Below, piece by piece: positions 29,680 through 38,830 of a stretch of DNA of 61,868 nt; position 1 is the first letter of the stretch; each line of letters starts with the position of its first letter. Position numbers and translations under genes: made by a program. The notes below the pieces were generated by a model that did no database searches, was not told the DNA's origin, and saw nothing but the letters and a program-made list of their open reading frames with translations. Location: positions 1-61,868 of the IMG/VR virus record IMGVR_UViG_3300048599_000826, one strand, 5' to 3'. Origin of the DNA: a virus. Lineage: Duplodnaviria > Caudoviricetes.

Positions 29680-31835
29680 GCCTCATCCGGAAGCGGCGCT
29701 GTCCCAACTGTGGTTGCGGTGGCGATGACACCTGCGGGTGCGGCTGCCCCTGCGGCACCGAGGGAGGGCTCGAAGCATGCGACGGCCGCATCGCTTTTCC
29801 GCTCGACGTCACCATGAGCATCACCGCCGCGTCCGGTGAAACCGACATGTGGATAGAAGGCGTCGGCATGGACGGCCGCCTTTACAGCAGCCAGTGGGCA
29901 ATCGATCAGTTCATCGCCGAAACTGACCCCGGCGTCCTTGAATCGTGGGGCGTTCCACCTGATCACCCCGCACAGCATCCGGGCGTGATGATCAAGGTCA
30001 AATCGAAGTGGGAGGTTGTCGGCAGCTCGTACACGCTCACGGACAACACCAGCGTCGGTTGTGATAACGCCCACATCGGCCTCCTCGTGAAACGCAAAGC
30101 GCTCAATGGGGATGAGTACGTCTTCGACACGATGGAGGGAATGCCGCGCCTCAAGAACACAGTCACCCTCCTCGACACCGTTCGGCGAAGCGGCAACGAC
30201 TTCGAGGGGATCGTTTATGTGAACGACGGCAACTTCAGCTATCACTACCCGGGTGGAATCAACACGGAAGAATACTACGTCGAGAACCACACGTACCAGG
30301 ACGTCGCGCTGGCTGACGAGGGAGACTGGAACAAGCGATTTGAATCATCCGTGCACGTCGACAGCTACGGCAACGTGAGCTTCCGAACGTTCGTCATGTT
30401 TCAGTCGAGCACCAGCTATGGAAGCACGGGCGGCGGGCGCATCACGTACAGGAACAACTTTTACGCCGATCACTATGACCCTCCGAGCGGGACGCCTTAC
30501 GAGACCCAGAGCGAGAACCATCATTACAAGAACATCGGCCCGCTTCACGCGTTTCCCGTCACCGGTGGATATCACACCGTGCAGAAGTGGGATGAAGCCC
30601 TTTCATTTTCGGTGCCACCGGGGCCTGGAGAGCCGAATCCATCGGTCTGCGAAGGCGACGTCGAAACCGAGTACGTCGACCCGTTCACAGACACTTTCAC
30701 GTTTACGCCCGGATCGCTGGATGATCCGTCGGGTGTCTTCTGGCCTCCTCGCAGCGGCGCATACTTCACCGCCTCCTCCTACATCGACCGCGATCCGGCT
30801 TATGCCAACTACAACTTCGTCACCGGCATGGAGGCAACAGCCACCGTAGGCGAGCGCAGCAACCCCGGCGCCCAGGATTGCGACCGCTGCTATGACGCCG
30901 TTCTTAAAGTCACGGATGGCGACACGGACGAGCAGCGCATCATCTGGCAGGGCCAGCTCAGGCAACTGATGTCCAGCCGACTGACTGTCGGGGAAGATCC
31001 CGACTCGCGCGGCGACTGGCCGTCCACCCCGATATGGACTGGCATTGATGAGGACGGCCGACAGTTTCACCTTGCGCGCGGCGGCAAGTCGCTTTGGATC
31101 GGCAATTTGTTCACGGGCATCGAGTTTCAGGGCATTCCCTACAGCCAGCGATACAACTTCAAAGGCACCGGCGATTGCCCAAGCACGATCATCGAAGCGG
31201 AAGCCGAGGTCCTGGAGCAACCAACCTTCAGCTCTACCGGCGAAGGGACTCCGGCAAGTCCGCGCGTAACCCACTCGAGCACCCGACTGAAAATAGACGT
31301 AGTGGAGCTGTCGCTTTCGCCGATGACGTGCGATCCCTGCCTGGACGATCCCTGCGATGACCCATGTGATAGCCAGGTCATCAAGTGGAACACGGGTGAG
31401 GAGTCTTCTGGCGGCTTCGATTTGCACTGGGATGTAGAGACGTCGAATGGCGGAGGAGTTTTCACAGCCGCCACAATCGTCACATTCCCGAACGGCGCAT
31501 GGGTGACGCCCGCGTCGGATGCGACATGGATAGGAATCGACGAGTTTGGCTCCGGATACGGCGGGGTGCGAATCTACCGCACGAAAATCACTGTGATAGG
31601 CGGAATCACCGAGGACATCGCTGGCTTGATCGCCAGTGACAACCATGTTCTTAGCATCACCATCAACGGCATTGTTCGTCTGACGACATTTGATCAGCCG
31701 GAAGACAATGAGTTTTCCGTCAAGACGGCGTTCCTGTTGCTCAAGGAGTGGTTCGGTGTCGGAGAGAACGTCGTCGAGTTTGAAATCGAAGACGAGAGTG
31801 ATGCCGCAGGACTGGAAGTGGAGTGGGTGGATTGA
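29676..31835 (+). CDS. tail tip/receptor-binding candidate; Cys-rich N-terminus, C-terminal jelly-roll lectin-like domain
   Basis: CPNCGC..CGCGCPC; ATWIG..YRTKIT..IASDN..ITING..GENVVEFEI. Confidence 0.6.
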   Translation: MSLIRKRRCPNCGCGGDDTCGCGCPCGTEGGLEACDGRIAFPLDVTMSITAASGETDMWIEGVGMDGRLYSSQWAIDQFIAETDPGVLESWGVPPDHPAQHPGVMIKVKSKWEVVGSSYTLTDNTSVGCDNAHIGLLVKRKALNGDEYVFDTMEGMPRLKNTVTLLDTVRRSGNDFEGIVYVNDGNFSYHYPGGINTEEYYVENHTYQDVALADEGDWNKRFESSVHVDSYGNVSFRTFVMFQSSTSYGSTGGGRITYRNNFYADHYDPPSGTPYETQSENHHYKNIGPLHAFPVTGGYHTVQKWDEALSFSVPPGPGEPNPSVCEGDVETEYVDPFTDTFTFTPGSLDDPSGVFWPPRSGAYFTASSYIDRDPAYANYNFVTGMEATATVGERSNPGAQDCDRCYDAVLKVTDGDTDEQRIIWQGQLRQLMSSRLTVGEDPDSRGDWPSTPIWTGIDEDGRQFHLARGGKSLWIGNLFTGIEFQGIPYSQRYNFKGTGDCPSTIIEAEAEVLEQPTFSSTGEGTPASPRVTHSSTRLKIDVVELSLSPMTCDPCLDDPCDDPCDSQVIKWNTGEESSGGFDLHWDVETSNGGGVFTAATIVTFPNGAWVTPASDATWIGIDEFGSGYGGVRIYRTKITVIGGITEDIAGLIASDNHVLSITINGIVRLTTFDQPEDNEFSVKTAFLLLKEWFGVGENVVEFEIEDESDAAGLEVEWVD

Positions 31836-32260
31836 TTTATCAAACACTAGTGCAGCGCCGCACAGCCGCGTCCGAAGCCTGCACCACCTGCCCGCACTAC
31901 CGCGGCGGCGACATCACGCGCAGCGACTGTGCCCTCTCCGACCGCCCCGTGCCTCTGAGCGTCGGCGTGTGTCCAGATGGGCGATTCGACAACTCGAAAG
32001 TCGACGAAACCGCGCCGATCGCCGCGGCAATTGAGTCATCGCCGCGCGATCGGTGGCCGCTCTGGGCTCGACTCATCGCGCGACGAAAGATCGCGGCCGA
32101 CGTCGGCGTGGGCGACACGTTCAAACGCCTCGCCGATACCGGCGGCATCGGCAGCGCGTATGAAAAGCTGTGGAAGAAACTCGGCACCACCTGCGGCTGC
32201 AGCGATCGGCGCAAGCGGTGGAACCGGATGTTTCGGTATTCAGGTGGGCAAGCGAACTAG
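31823..32260 (+). CDS. Cys-rich hypothetical protein
   Basis: CTTCPH, CPDGRF, GVGDT, CGCSDRR..WN. Confidence 0.6.
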   Translation: MGGLIYQTLVQRRTAASEACTTCPHYRGGDITRSDCALSDRPVPLSVGVCPDGRFDNSKVDETAPIAAAIESSPRDRWPLWARLIARRKIAADVGVGDTFKRLADTGGIGSAYEKLWKKLGTTCGCSDRRKRWNRMFRYSGGQAN

Positions 32261-32586
32261 CTTCCACGCATGCGATTCATTTTGGCGATCGCCACAACTC
32301 CCCAGACGATCGCGGGAATCCCAAAGAGCACGGGTGACAGAAACAGGCCAATGACGATCGCCCACCACGCCATTCGACGAGTCAAACCGTACGCTTCCTC
32401 CGGCGCGCGCTTTGAATCAGGGAACTGCGATTTCTTCTTCGCAGTCGTCCCGACATTCACAGCCTCAATGCCGTCGAAGCCGAGATCCTTGGCAGCTGCC
32501 AGAGCCTCGCGCATACCGTTCGCGTCGACGGTGACGCTGCCTGCCTTGCCGTCTATCTTCCATTGCCCGCTTACAACCCACTTCAT
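32257..32586 (-). CDS. membrane protein (moron)
   Basis: Two C-terminal TM segments. Confidence 0.55.
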   Translation of the reverse strand: MKWVVSGQWKIDGKAGSVTVDANGMREALAAAKDLGFDGIEAVNVGTTAKKKSQFPDSKRAPEEAYGLTRRMAWWAIVIGLFLSPVLFGIPAIVWGVVAIAKMNRMRGS

Positions 32587-32690
32587 AAGAGCCCCGCGAT
32601 CGAGATGTGCCCACTGTCCAAATTGAATGTGCCGGCGGCGAGCGGCGTCGGCCCGCGAAAGTGTACCGCGCCGATTCGGCGAATAAACAT

Positions 32691-33431
32691 CTATTCGCGA
32701 ACGCGTTCGATCCGCCGGCTAGCGGCCGCGAAGATCTCCGGATCCCGTTCAATCCCGATCGCGTGCCGCCCTGCCGCGATCGCCGCGGCGATCGTCGACC
32801 CGCTCCCCATGAATGTGTCCAGAACAGTTTGCCCTGGCTTGCTGTAGCTCCGCACCAACCAGGCGAGAAGCGACGTGGGCTTCTCCGTTGGGTGCAGCCG
32901 ATCGCGCTGTGACGGTTTCTCGAATCTCAGGATCGACGTCGGATGCCGGCGGCCGGGGTTGACACTGCTGTAGGCGTTGGACGCTCTGTAGACCTGGGAC
33001 AACTTGCCGCCGGCTTTCTTCGTTCGGTACGGCGTACCGGGAGTGAACTGTGGGTTGTACGTGCTCAGGGCCGGCCGGCGGCAGAAGATCAGCACCTGCT
33101 CGTGCACGCGCATCGGTTGCCGGTTCGCGTTGAGATGCCCCACCGCCCTTACCTTGTCCCACGTCAGATCGTAGCGAAACCATTTCGGCCGCGAGTTGAT
33201 GAGCGCTGTCGTAAACGGTTGCGCGGCGAACAGCACGAACACGGCTCCCTCGGTCGCGATGCGCTCGAGCTGGATCCACCAGGCGTCCAGATCCGGTGCC
33301 TTGTCCCAGTGGCAATCGGTTGTGCCGTAAGGCATGTCGGTGATCACGCACTGCACTGAGCGATCGGAGAGTGTGGGCAAGATGGAGAAACAGTCTGCAT
33401 TGAACAGTTGAGATTTTTGGTTCCGTCCCAT
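32691..33431 (-). CDS. orphan DNA adenine/N4-cytosine methyltransferase (beta class)
   Basis: DMPY motif IV, HPTEKP, DTFMGSGST motif I. Confidence 0.92.
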   Translation of the reverse strand: MGRNQKSQLFNADCFSILPTLSDRSVQCVITDMPYGTTDCHWDKAPDLDAWWIQLERIATEGAVFVLFAAQPFTTALINSRPKWFRYDLTWDKVRAVGHLNANRQPMRVHEQVLIFCRRPALSTYNPQFTPGTPYRTKKAGGKLSQVYRASNAYSSVNPGRRHPTSILRFEKPSQRDRLHPTEKPTSLLAWLVRSYSKPGQTVLDTFMGSGSTIAAAIAAGRHAIGIERDPEIFAAASRRIERVRE

Positions 33432-33627
33432 GCGCGCAAGCTAGGAAATTCACGTCGCCGCACGAAGCGTGTTTGCCGGGCGATTCGTTCGTTTGAAAAC
33501 CAATGAATCACCCGATCGCATTTGTTTGAAGTCAGTGTTGATGTTCGGCATTTGTACGGTATGGTTCGAATGTCATACGTGGATGACGACTCACCTCATG
33601 GAACGGGGAATATCCGGAGCATCACCG

Positions 33628-34425
33628 ATGAACCAAGCGATTTGCACCTTGAACGTTGCGGGGGCTGGAAGCTACCGCGTCCTGATCACGGATGATGAAC
33701 TAAAGAACGCCGACGGCCTCCCGGCGATGAGCACCTGGGACCCGTTCACCAACGAGATCCTGGTGCATCGCAAGCACTCGGCCGACAGTGCCCTCGGCTC
33801 GATCGCGCACGAGTTCGTTCACGTCTGGCGCTTCCAGCTTCAGCACAACCGCGGCACGATTGATGCGTACCTTCGGCGGGCGGCCGAGTCGGATCCGCAG
33901 CTGCGGGCGCTCATCGAAGAGCGCGGCGTCGAGAGTGACGGCGCGATGATCGTCTGCTGGCTGAAGGAGTGCATGAGGCTGCGCCTCGTGGACCAGCTCT
34001 TCCGGCACTTCGGCGGGACAAATGCCGCCGATCCGGCGGCGGCGATGGCCAAGATCACGGATGATCGGCAGCCGGACACGGACGACAGGTTCCGTTACGT
34101 GCCTGATCTCGACTCACAGGACTGGCAGCGCAAGTGCGGCCGCAGCGGCCGTCGCTGCGAGTGCCCGCGTTGCGGCAAGACGATCAACGCGGCGAGTGTG
34201 CAGATCGGAGAGCCGAAGATCGATCTGAAGCTCGGTGGCGCGATGGCGCCGTGCTGGTTCCTCTGCGATCACTGCGGCGTGGTCGTGTCCTGGCGAAGCG
34301 GCTGGCCGATAACTGGCCCATTCGATCCGCGTTACGCCGGCTACGAAGTACTGACCGGCGACGAGGCCGAGAAGATGATCGAGTCGCTGCTGCGCCCATC
34401 ATCCGCCGGGGCGGCGTGCGCATAA
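33628..34425 (+). CDS. ImmA/IrrE-like Zn metallopeptidase with C-terminal Zn ribbon
   Basis: SIAHEFVH, downstream EE; CPRCG and CDHCG. Confidence 0.55.
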   Translation: MNQAICTLNVAGAGSYRVLITDDELKNADGLPAMSTWDPFTNEILVHRKHSADSALGSIAHEFVHVWRFQLQHNRGTIDAYLRRAAESDPQLRALIEERGVESDGAMIVCWLKECMRLRLVDQLFRHFGGTNAADPAAAMAKITDDRQPDTDDRFRYVPDLDSQDWQRKCGRSGRRCECPRCGKTINAASVQIGEPKIDLKLGGAMAPCWFLCDHCGVVVSWRSGWPITGPFDPRYAGYEVLTGDEAEKMIESLLRPSSAGAACA

Positions 34426-34469
34426 AGGTGCGCGGATATTTCAAATCGTAGTCCAGTTGCTGAAACGCT

Positions 34470-34502
34470 CGCGGCGAGGTCGACGACCTCGCCGCGGCTT
34501 TG
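34470..34502. terminator. hairpin between convergent genes
   Basis: CGCGGCGAGGTC-gac-GACCTCGCCGCG then GCTTT; second hairpin follows. Confidence 0.6.
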
Positions 34503-34539
34503 TCGCGCGAACAGCGTGCGCGAATGATCTTCTCTTTGC

Positions 34540-35175
34540 TTAGTTCTTCTTGATTCGAACAATGTTGCTGAGGTCGAAGGGCTGGAAAGTTCGCACGGTC
34601 TCGGAGCCGCCCGACGCGGTCGGATAAGTCTTTGTCGGACCAACCGTCATCGGGATGGGCTTTTCAAACATCCATAGCTCATGGTCGACAACGCCGGATG
34701 TGTCCACACTAGTGAGCCATGCTTTGCGACCACTGCCGTCGGCGACTATGGCGTTGTTCTTGTCGACCACCTGTACGACGTCGGCACTAACCATCAATCC
34801 CCAGCCGTCCTCCAGCATTCCGTATACGCCCTGGCGTGGCATTAGGAACTGGTCTTCGGCGATGAACTCCCGCAATTCAGTTTGGAGCTTTTGGTTCTGA
34901 TCGCGGATCGTTTTGCGACGCTCCGCAGACAGTGCCGTCTTCCGCAGCTCCCGGCCATTCAAAGAAATTGACTCGCGAATGCCCTTCATGTGCTGCGCTC
35001 GCCATTCGCGCTGGGCCTCGATGATCACTTGTGCTACTGACGGTGCCCCTTCCTTCACGCCCCATACGCCGTCAGCAACAGGCTTAACACCTTCGCCCGT
35101 CGGCTTTGTCGCCGGCTCTCCTAGTCCGACAAGGCATGAGCACATCAGAACGAAGGAGATCGCAATTCGCTTCAT
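34540..35175 (-). CDS. secreted protein, co-transcribed with repressor
   Basis: Signal peptide; GAGG RBS. Confidence 0.7.
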   Translation of the reverse strand: MKRIAISFVLMCSCLVGLGEPATKPTGEGVKPVADGVWGVKEGAPSVAQVIIEAQREWRAQHMKGIRESISLNGRELRKTALSAERRKTIRDQNQKLQTELREFIAEDQFLMPRQGVYGMLEDGWGLMVSADVVQVVDKNNAIVADGSGRKAWLTSVDTSGVVDHELWMFEKPIPMTVGPTKTYPTASGGSETVRTFQPFDLSNIVRIKKN

Positions 35176-35178
35176 CGC

Positions 35179-35559
35179 TTACCTCTTTTCCTCGCCCTTT
35201 GGCGCGCGTCGAGCAGCAATTCGCTGCTCGACCACTCGCCCGGTGGCCGCGCGACCCTTACTGCGTTCTGCCAATTCGTGTCGCCGTTTGATCTCCGCGT
35301 CCACCGAGACGCGTAAATGCCCATCAACGGCATCTGCGAGCAGCTGCTCCATGCCGGCAGGATCTCCGTCGGCTGCACGAACACGCCCGATGTATGTGCG
35401 CTGTTGGTCGGGAGTGAGCTCGCTGAACGCGACGATAGCAGCGGAGATCACTGTCCACTTCGAGTTGCCGCCGACCTCGCTCGAGAGCGAGTCGTAGACC
35501 GCATGAATACTCTCGGGCATCGATAAATTTACGACGACTTTCTTTTCCACAACCAACAT
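35179..35559 (-). CDS. probable ribbon-helix-helix repressor
   Basis: KVVVNLSMP strand then two helices; divergent from early operon. Confidence 0.55.
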   Translation of the reverse strand: MLVVEKKVVVNLSMPESIHAVYDSLSSEVGGNSKWTVISAAIVAFSELTPDQQRTYIGRVRAADGDPAGMEQLLADAVDGHLRVSVDAEIKRRHELAERSKGRAATGRVVEQRIAARRAPKGEEKR

Positions 35560-35585
35560 TCTGACAATCCCTTGCGCACAATCCA

Positions 35586-35684
35586 TGTTGAAGATGAATA
35601 GAGTTATTCAACAAAACGATTGACACACGTTGCCGCCTGGTTAATCTGCCGCCTATGTTGACCGATTCAACAATGACTGTTGAA
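35586..35684. promoter_or_regulatory. genetic switch: rightward sigma70 promoter with five TGTTGA(A) half-sites
   Basis: TTGACA 35620-25, 16 bp, TAATCT 35642-47; half-sites at 35586, 35607, 35656, 35666, 35678. Confidence 0.7.
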
Positions 35685-35864
35685 CGACCGGCGGCGAGCA
35701 CCGCGCGGGTGACGATTCGAAATTTGAGAGGGAAGGGCTCCTCGTCGTTCACCATCTACGGTGGCACGTTCGAAGACGCCGTGAAGGCGCTACGCGCCGC
35801 CTTTTCAGATCCCGAATCAAAACCACGCCGCGTGAAGTCGCGCAGCGGTAACGACCCAAATTGA
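35655..35864 (+). CDS. small first early gene (cro position)
   Basis: ATG at predicted +1. Confidence 0.55.
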   Translation: MLTDSTMTVERPAASTARVTIRNLRGKGSSSFTIYGGTFEDAVKALRAAFSDPESKPRRVKSRSGNDPN

Positions 35865-35966
35865 GGAGGAGGGGCCGCACGGATGAACGGACACAGTGTC
35901 CCGGCCCCGACTCTCCTCGGCCATTAGAGAACGAACGATTCATTTCAACCCCGAGAGGAACGCAGC

Positions 35967-36479
35967 ATGTCATCTGCCCTGTTTACCGAGATCTCCCGAA
36001 CCCTATCGCTTACCGGTGTTGTGTCGGCCGCCGTCGCGGCGATCGCCATCCGCAGCCTTGAAGACCGATTGAAGTCCGTCACCGCGGAGGAGTGGAAGGC
36101 ATCAAGCAACATCTCCGTCGATACGTGGCCGGCCCCCGAGGGCAAGGTGCCCGAGCTGGTTGCTGATGCCGTGCATGTTCTCAACAACGCGCATCGCGTC
36201 ACAAAAGGATCCGACGCCGACACGATCATCGAGGCCGCCTCGAAGGTTGTACAGACGCGCCTCGACGCGATCGCCGAGCACCTGCTCACGATGCCAACGC
36301 TGGTCGCCGGACTGGATGTCGCCGCGGAAGGTTCGCACTCGGTAGAGACGACGGTGAACGCCGACGGCACGATCGCGTCTCAACAGTTTGAGACTTCCGG
36401 AGCGCCAGCATCTTCGTCCGGTGAGGCTGCGCCTTCCGAACCCGTCGACACGAACGCTCAACCCGCAGCCGTTCAGTAA
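35967..36479 (+). CDS. hypothetical protein
   Basis: GAGG RBS, coding bias. Confidence 0.7.
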   Translation: MSSALFTEISRTLSLTGVVSAAVAAIAIRSLEDRLKSVTAEEWKASSNISVDTWPAPEGKVPELVADAVHVLNNAHRVTKGSDADTIIEAASKVVQTRLDAIAEHLLTMPTLVAGLDVAAEGSHSVETTVNADGTIASQQFETSGAPASSSGEAAPSEPVDTNAQPAAVQ

Positions 36480-36545
36480 CCCACCAACAAAAAACCCGCC
36501 GACGGCTCCACACCGCGGCGGGTTCCAGATTGAAGAGGAAGGCCC

Positions 36546-36791
36546 ATGCAGTCTACGCACGTCTCAACCGACCCGCAATCCGCCATGTACGCCGAGCTCG
36601 TGACGGTCGTCATCAACCAGGAATGGCGTCGCCAGGGCGATGACGCTCAGCTCGACGGCGTCGGCTTCGCGAGTCGCTTGTGCAAGCGCGGCCACTTCAG
36701 CGCGCTGCTCGACGCGCTCGGCTCTCTCAACGAATCACAAGTTGGCGATGTGCGCAACACGGGCGTGAGCGCGTGGGTGCGCATCGCGTGA
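36546..36791 (+). CDS. hypothetical protein
   Basis: GAGGAAGG RBS. Confidence 0.6.
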   Translation: MQSTHVSTDPQSAMYAELVTVVINQEWRRQGDDAQLDGVGFASRLCKRGHFSALLDALGSLNESQVGDVRNTGVSAWVRIA

Positions 36792-36797
36792 ACATCA

Positions 36798-36869
36798 CGC
36801 GGGGTAGCTCAACGGCAGAGCACGGCGCTCATAACGCCGAGGTTGAAGGTTCGATTCCTTCCTCCGCAT
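36798..36869 (+). tRNA. tRNA with CAT anticodon (fMet-like acceptor, no encoded CCA)
   Basis: Cloverleaf: CGCGGGG/CTCCGCA, GCTC/GAGC, CGGCG-CTCATAA-CGCCG, GAAGG-TTCGATT-CCTTC. Confidence 0.85.
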
Positions 36870-36970
36870 TTTCTGCATCCGCAGGACTCACGGACGTTCT
36901 GTGAGCGGCGTGTCCGGTGGGTAAACGGCGCGCCTTTTTGAAACAGGTTCGAGCCAAGGACGGTGACGCG

Positions 36971-37246
36971 ATGCTTGTGCTTTCGAGGCAGCGTGACGAG
37001 ACGGTGATGATCGGCGATGACATCCAGGTGGAGGTAGTGGACATCCGCGGCGACAAGGTTCGTCTGGGCATCACGGCGCCCAAGGGCGTGTCCATCCACC
37101 GCAAAGAAGTCTTCGACGCGATCAAGCGCGAGAACCACGCGGCCGCCACGCTCAAGCCCAGCGATCTCGGCTGCGGCAAACCGACCTCCTTTCCCTCAGC
37201 CGGCGGTGTGGATCCCGACACGCCGCCGGCGACACCGAACAGCTGA
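36971..37246 (+). CDS. csrA: carbon storage regulator CsrA
   Basis: MLVLSR..E.VMIGDDI.V.VV.I.GDKVRLGITAP..VSIHRKE. Confidence 0.95.
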   Translation: MLVLSRQRDETVMIGDDIQVEVVDIRGDKVRLGITAPKGVSIHRKEVFDAIKRENHAAATLKPSDLGCGKPTSFPSAGGVDPDTPPATPNS

Positions 37247-37250
37247 TGGA

Positions 37251-37325
37251 CCTGCGGTAGCTAATTGGCAAGCGCCGTACCGCCACGACAGTTCGGAGAT
37301 GCCGGTTCAAATCCGGCCCGCAGGA
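37251..37325 (+). ncRNA. tRNA-like RNA with expanded, U33-less anticodon loop
   Basis: CCTGCGG/CCGCAGG acceptor, D arm with TGG, GCCGG-TTCAAAT-CCGGC T arm; 10-12 nt anticodon loop. Confidence 0.75.
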
Positions 37326-37337
37326 TTGCGAGTGAAC

Positions 37338-37613
37338 ATGACCAAGCGTCGACGACCAACCTCGATCGCCCTGCCGTCCGACGTGACGAGCAGTTACGCA
37401 CCGCCTGGCTACGTCTACGCACGGATCGTGCGCGACGGCTTGGAAGTGCGGCTGGAGTTCCGGCCGTCGGCGGCGACGGGGATCGAATCGCGTGAGATCT
37501 GTGAGCTTGAGAACGCACTGGAGCTGAGCGATCAGCAGCTCCGCACATGGGCGGCCGCGATGTTCGCGATCGACCTGAGCAGTGCAGAGCAATTGGAAAT
37601 CGTGGATCTGTAA
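37338..37613 (+). CDS. hypothetical protein
   Basis: ORF in early operon. Confidence 0.55.
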   Translation: MTKRRRPTSIALPSDVTSSYAPPGYVYARIVRDGLEVRLEFRPSAATGIESREICELENALELSDQQLRTWAAAMFAIDLSSAEQLEIVDL

Positions 37614-37636
37614 CTCAATTGAAAGGAGCCTGCATC

Positions 37637-37981
37637 GTGGGAAGGCCAAAGAGTTCATACCCGACACAAGCCGAGTACCTGGTGCTCAAGTCTTTGTGGC
37701 GGCGCAAGACGGCAACCGTGCGCGACATCTGCGACGACTACCGGGCCGCCGGCAGGAAGACCGCCTACACGTCGATCGCGACCTTCGTCCGCATCATGGT
37801 CACGAAGGGTTACGTCGAGATCGTCGACGCCCGGCGTCCGCAGAAGTTCCGGGCGACGGCCGACCAGGTGACGGTGACCGGGCAGCGGCTACTCGAGTCC
37901 GTGGCCGACATCTTCGACGGCGATGTCACCGCGGCGATCCGGACGCTCCAGGCGATCAAGCCTCAACGGAAATCGGCATGA
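37637..37981 (+). CDS. BlaI/MecI/CopY-family regulator
   Basis: PTQAEYLVLKSLW..ATVRDI..AYTSIATFVRIMVTKGYV; AAAGGAG RBS, GTG start. Confidence 0.85.
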   Translation: MGRPKSSYPTQAEYLVLKSLWRRKTATVRDICDDYRAAGRKTAYTSIATFVRIMVTKGYVEIVDARRPQKFRATADQVTVTGQRLLESVADIFDGDVTAAIRTLQAIKPQRKSA

Positions 37982-38289
37982 ACCCAGCCAACGCCAACGA
38001 AGCCTGGCAGCTGATGGTGAAGGCCAGGCGGCCCAAACCGGATGTCGACGACATGCTGAAACTGGCCGGCCTTCATGCCGCCTGCGGTGATGCCGGCTTC
38101 AGACACCGGACGGCATTACCGGAAGAGACGATCGCGGATCTCACGCGGCTCGGATTCGTGGTTGATGACGATCGGCAAACAGTGTGGTGGCACGATGACG
38201 AACTCTCAGAGAAAGGACCGGAACCAGATGGACTCGACCGAACTCCAGGACTCCCTAAGCGGCGAAACAAACGCAAGACCTTGGGATGA
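37978..38289 (+). CDS. hypothetical protein
   Basis: ATGA overlap. Confidence 0.55.
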   Translation: MNPANANEAWQLMVKARRPKPDVDDMLKLAGLHAACGDAGFRHRTALPEETIADLTRLGFVVDDDRQTVWWHDDELSEKGPEPDGLDRTPGLPKRRNKRKTLG

Positions 38290-38722
38290 CTCCCGCGGCG
38301 ACGTCGGCATCCTGCGCCGATGGACTCACTCTCTCACCCGCCGTATGCAGGCAGTGTTGATCTCAGCGGTGCGAGGTTGCGACGGCGCGCCGAAGAATGA
38401 TCCGAGCAAGCCCATCTTGTGGGCGCTGCGTTGGGACACGATCAACCCCAGCGACGAATCGTTCGACCCAAACACCACGACCAGCTTCATGGGCTACACG
38501 GTCGATCTCAAAGTCGCGGTCCGCCAGTTCCTCGGCTCGATGGATCCTTACCCGCTGCACTTCGTGACGCACCTTCTCCACGCTGCAGAGATCTGCGGCT
38601 ACTTCCATCCGGATGAGAAGATCCGAGGTTTCTGGCAGAGCTTCTACAACCGGGCGTGTTCAGCACTACACATGAATCCAGAGACGCAGGCCGAGCTCGT
38701 GCATCGGCTGCGCGATCGGTGA
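38228..38722 (+). CDS. hypothetical protein
   Basis: AAAGGA RBS; AVRGCDG, HFVTHLLHAAEICGY conserved-looking His motifs. Confidence 0.65.
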   Translation: MDSTELQDSLSGETNARPWDDSRGDVGILRRWTHSLTRRMQAVLISAVRGCDGAPKNDPSKPILWALRWDTINPSDESFDPNTTTSFMGYTVDLKVAVRQFLGSMDPYPLHFVTHLLHAAEICGYFHPDEKIRGFWQSFYNRACSALHMNPETQAELVHRLRDR

Positions 38723-38830
38723 TGGTGCTTCCTACGAAACGTTGAGCGTGGCTCGTGGATGTGTGTACGCGACACACTGGAGCTAATCGAGAAAGAACGC
38801 AACGTGACAGCCGGGAGAGAAGCCGGCAAC

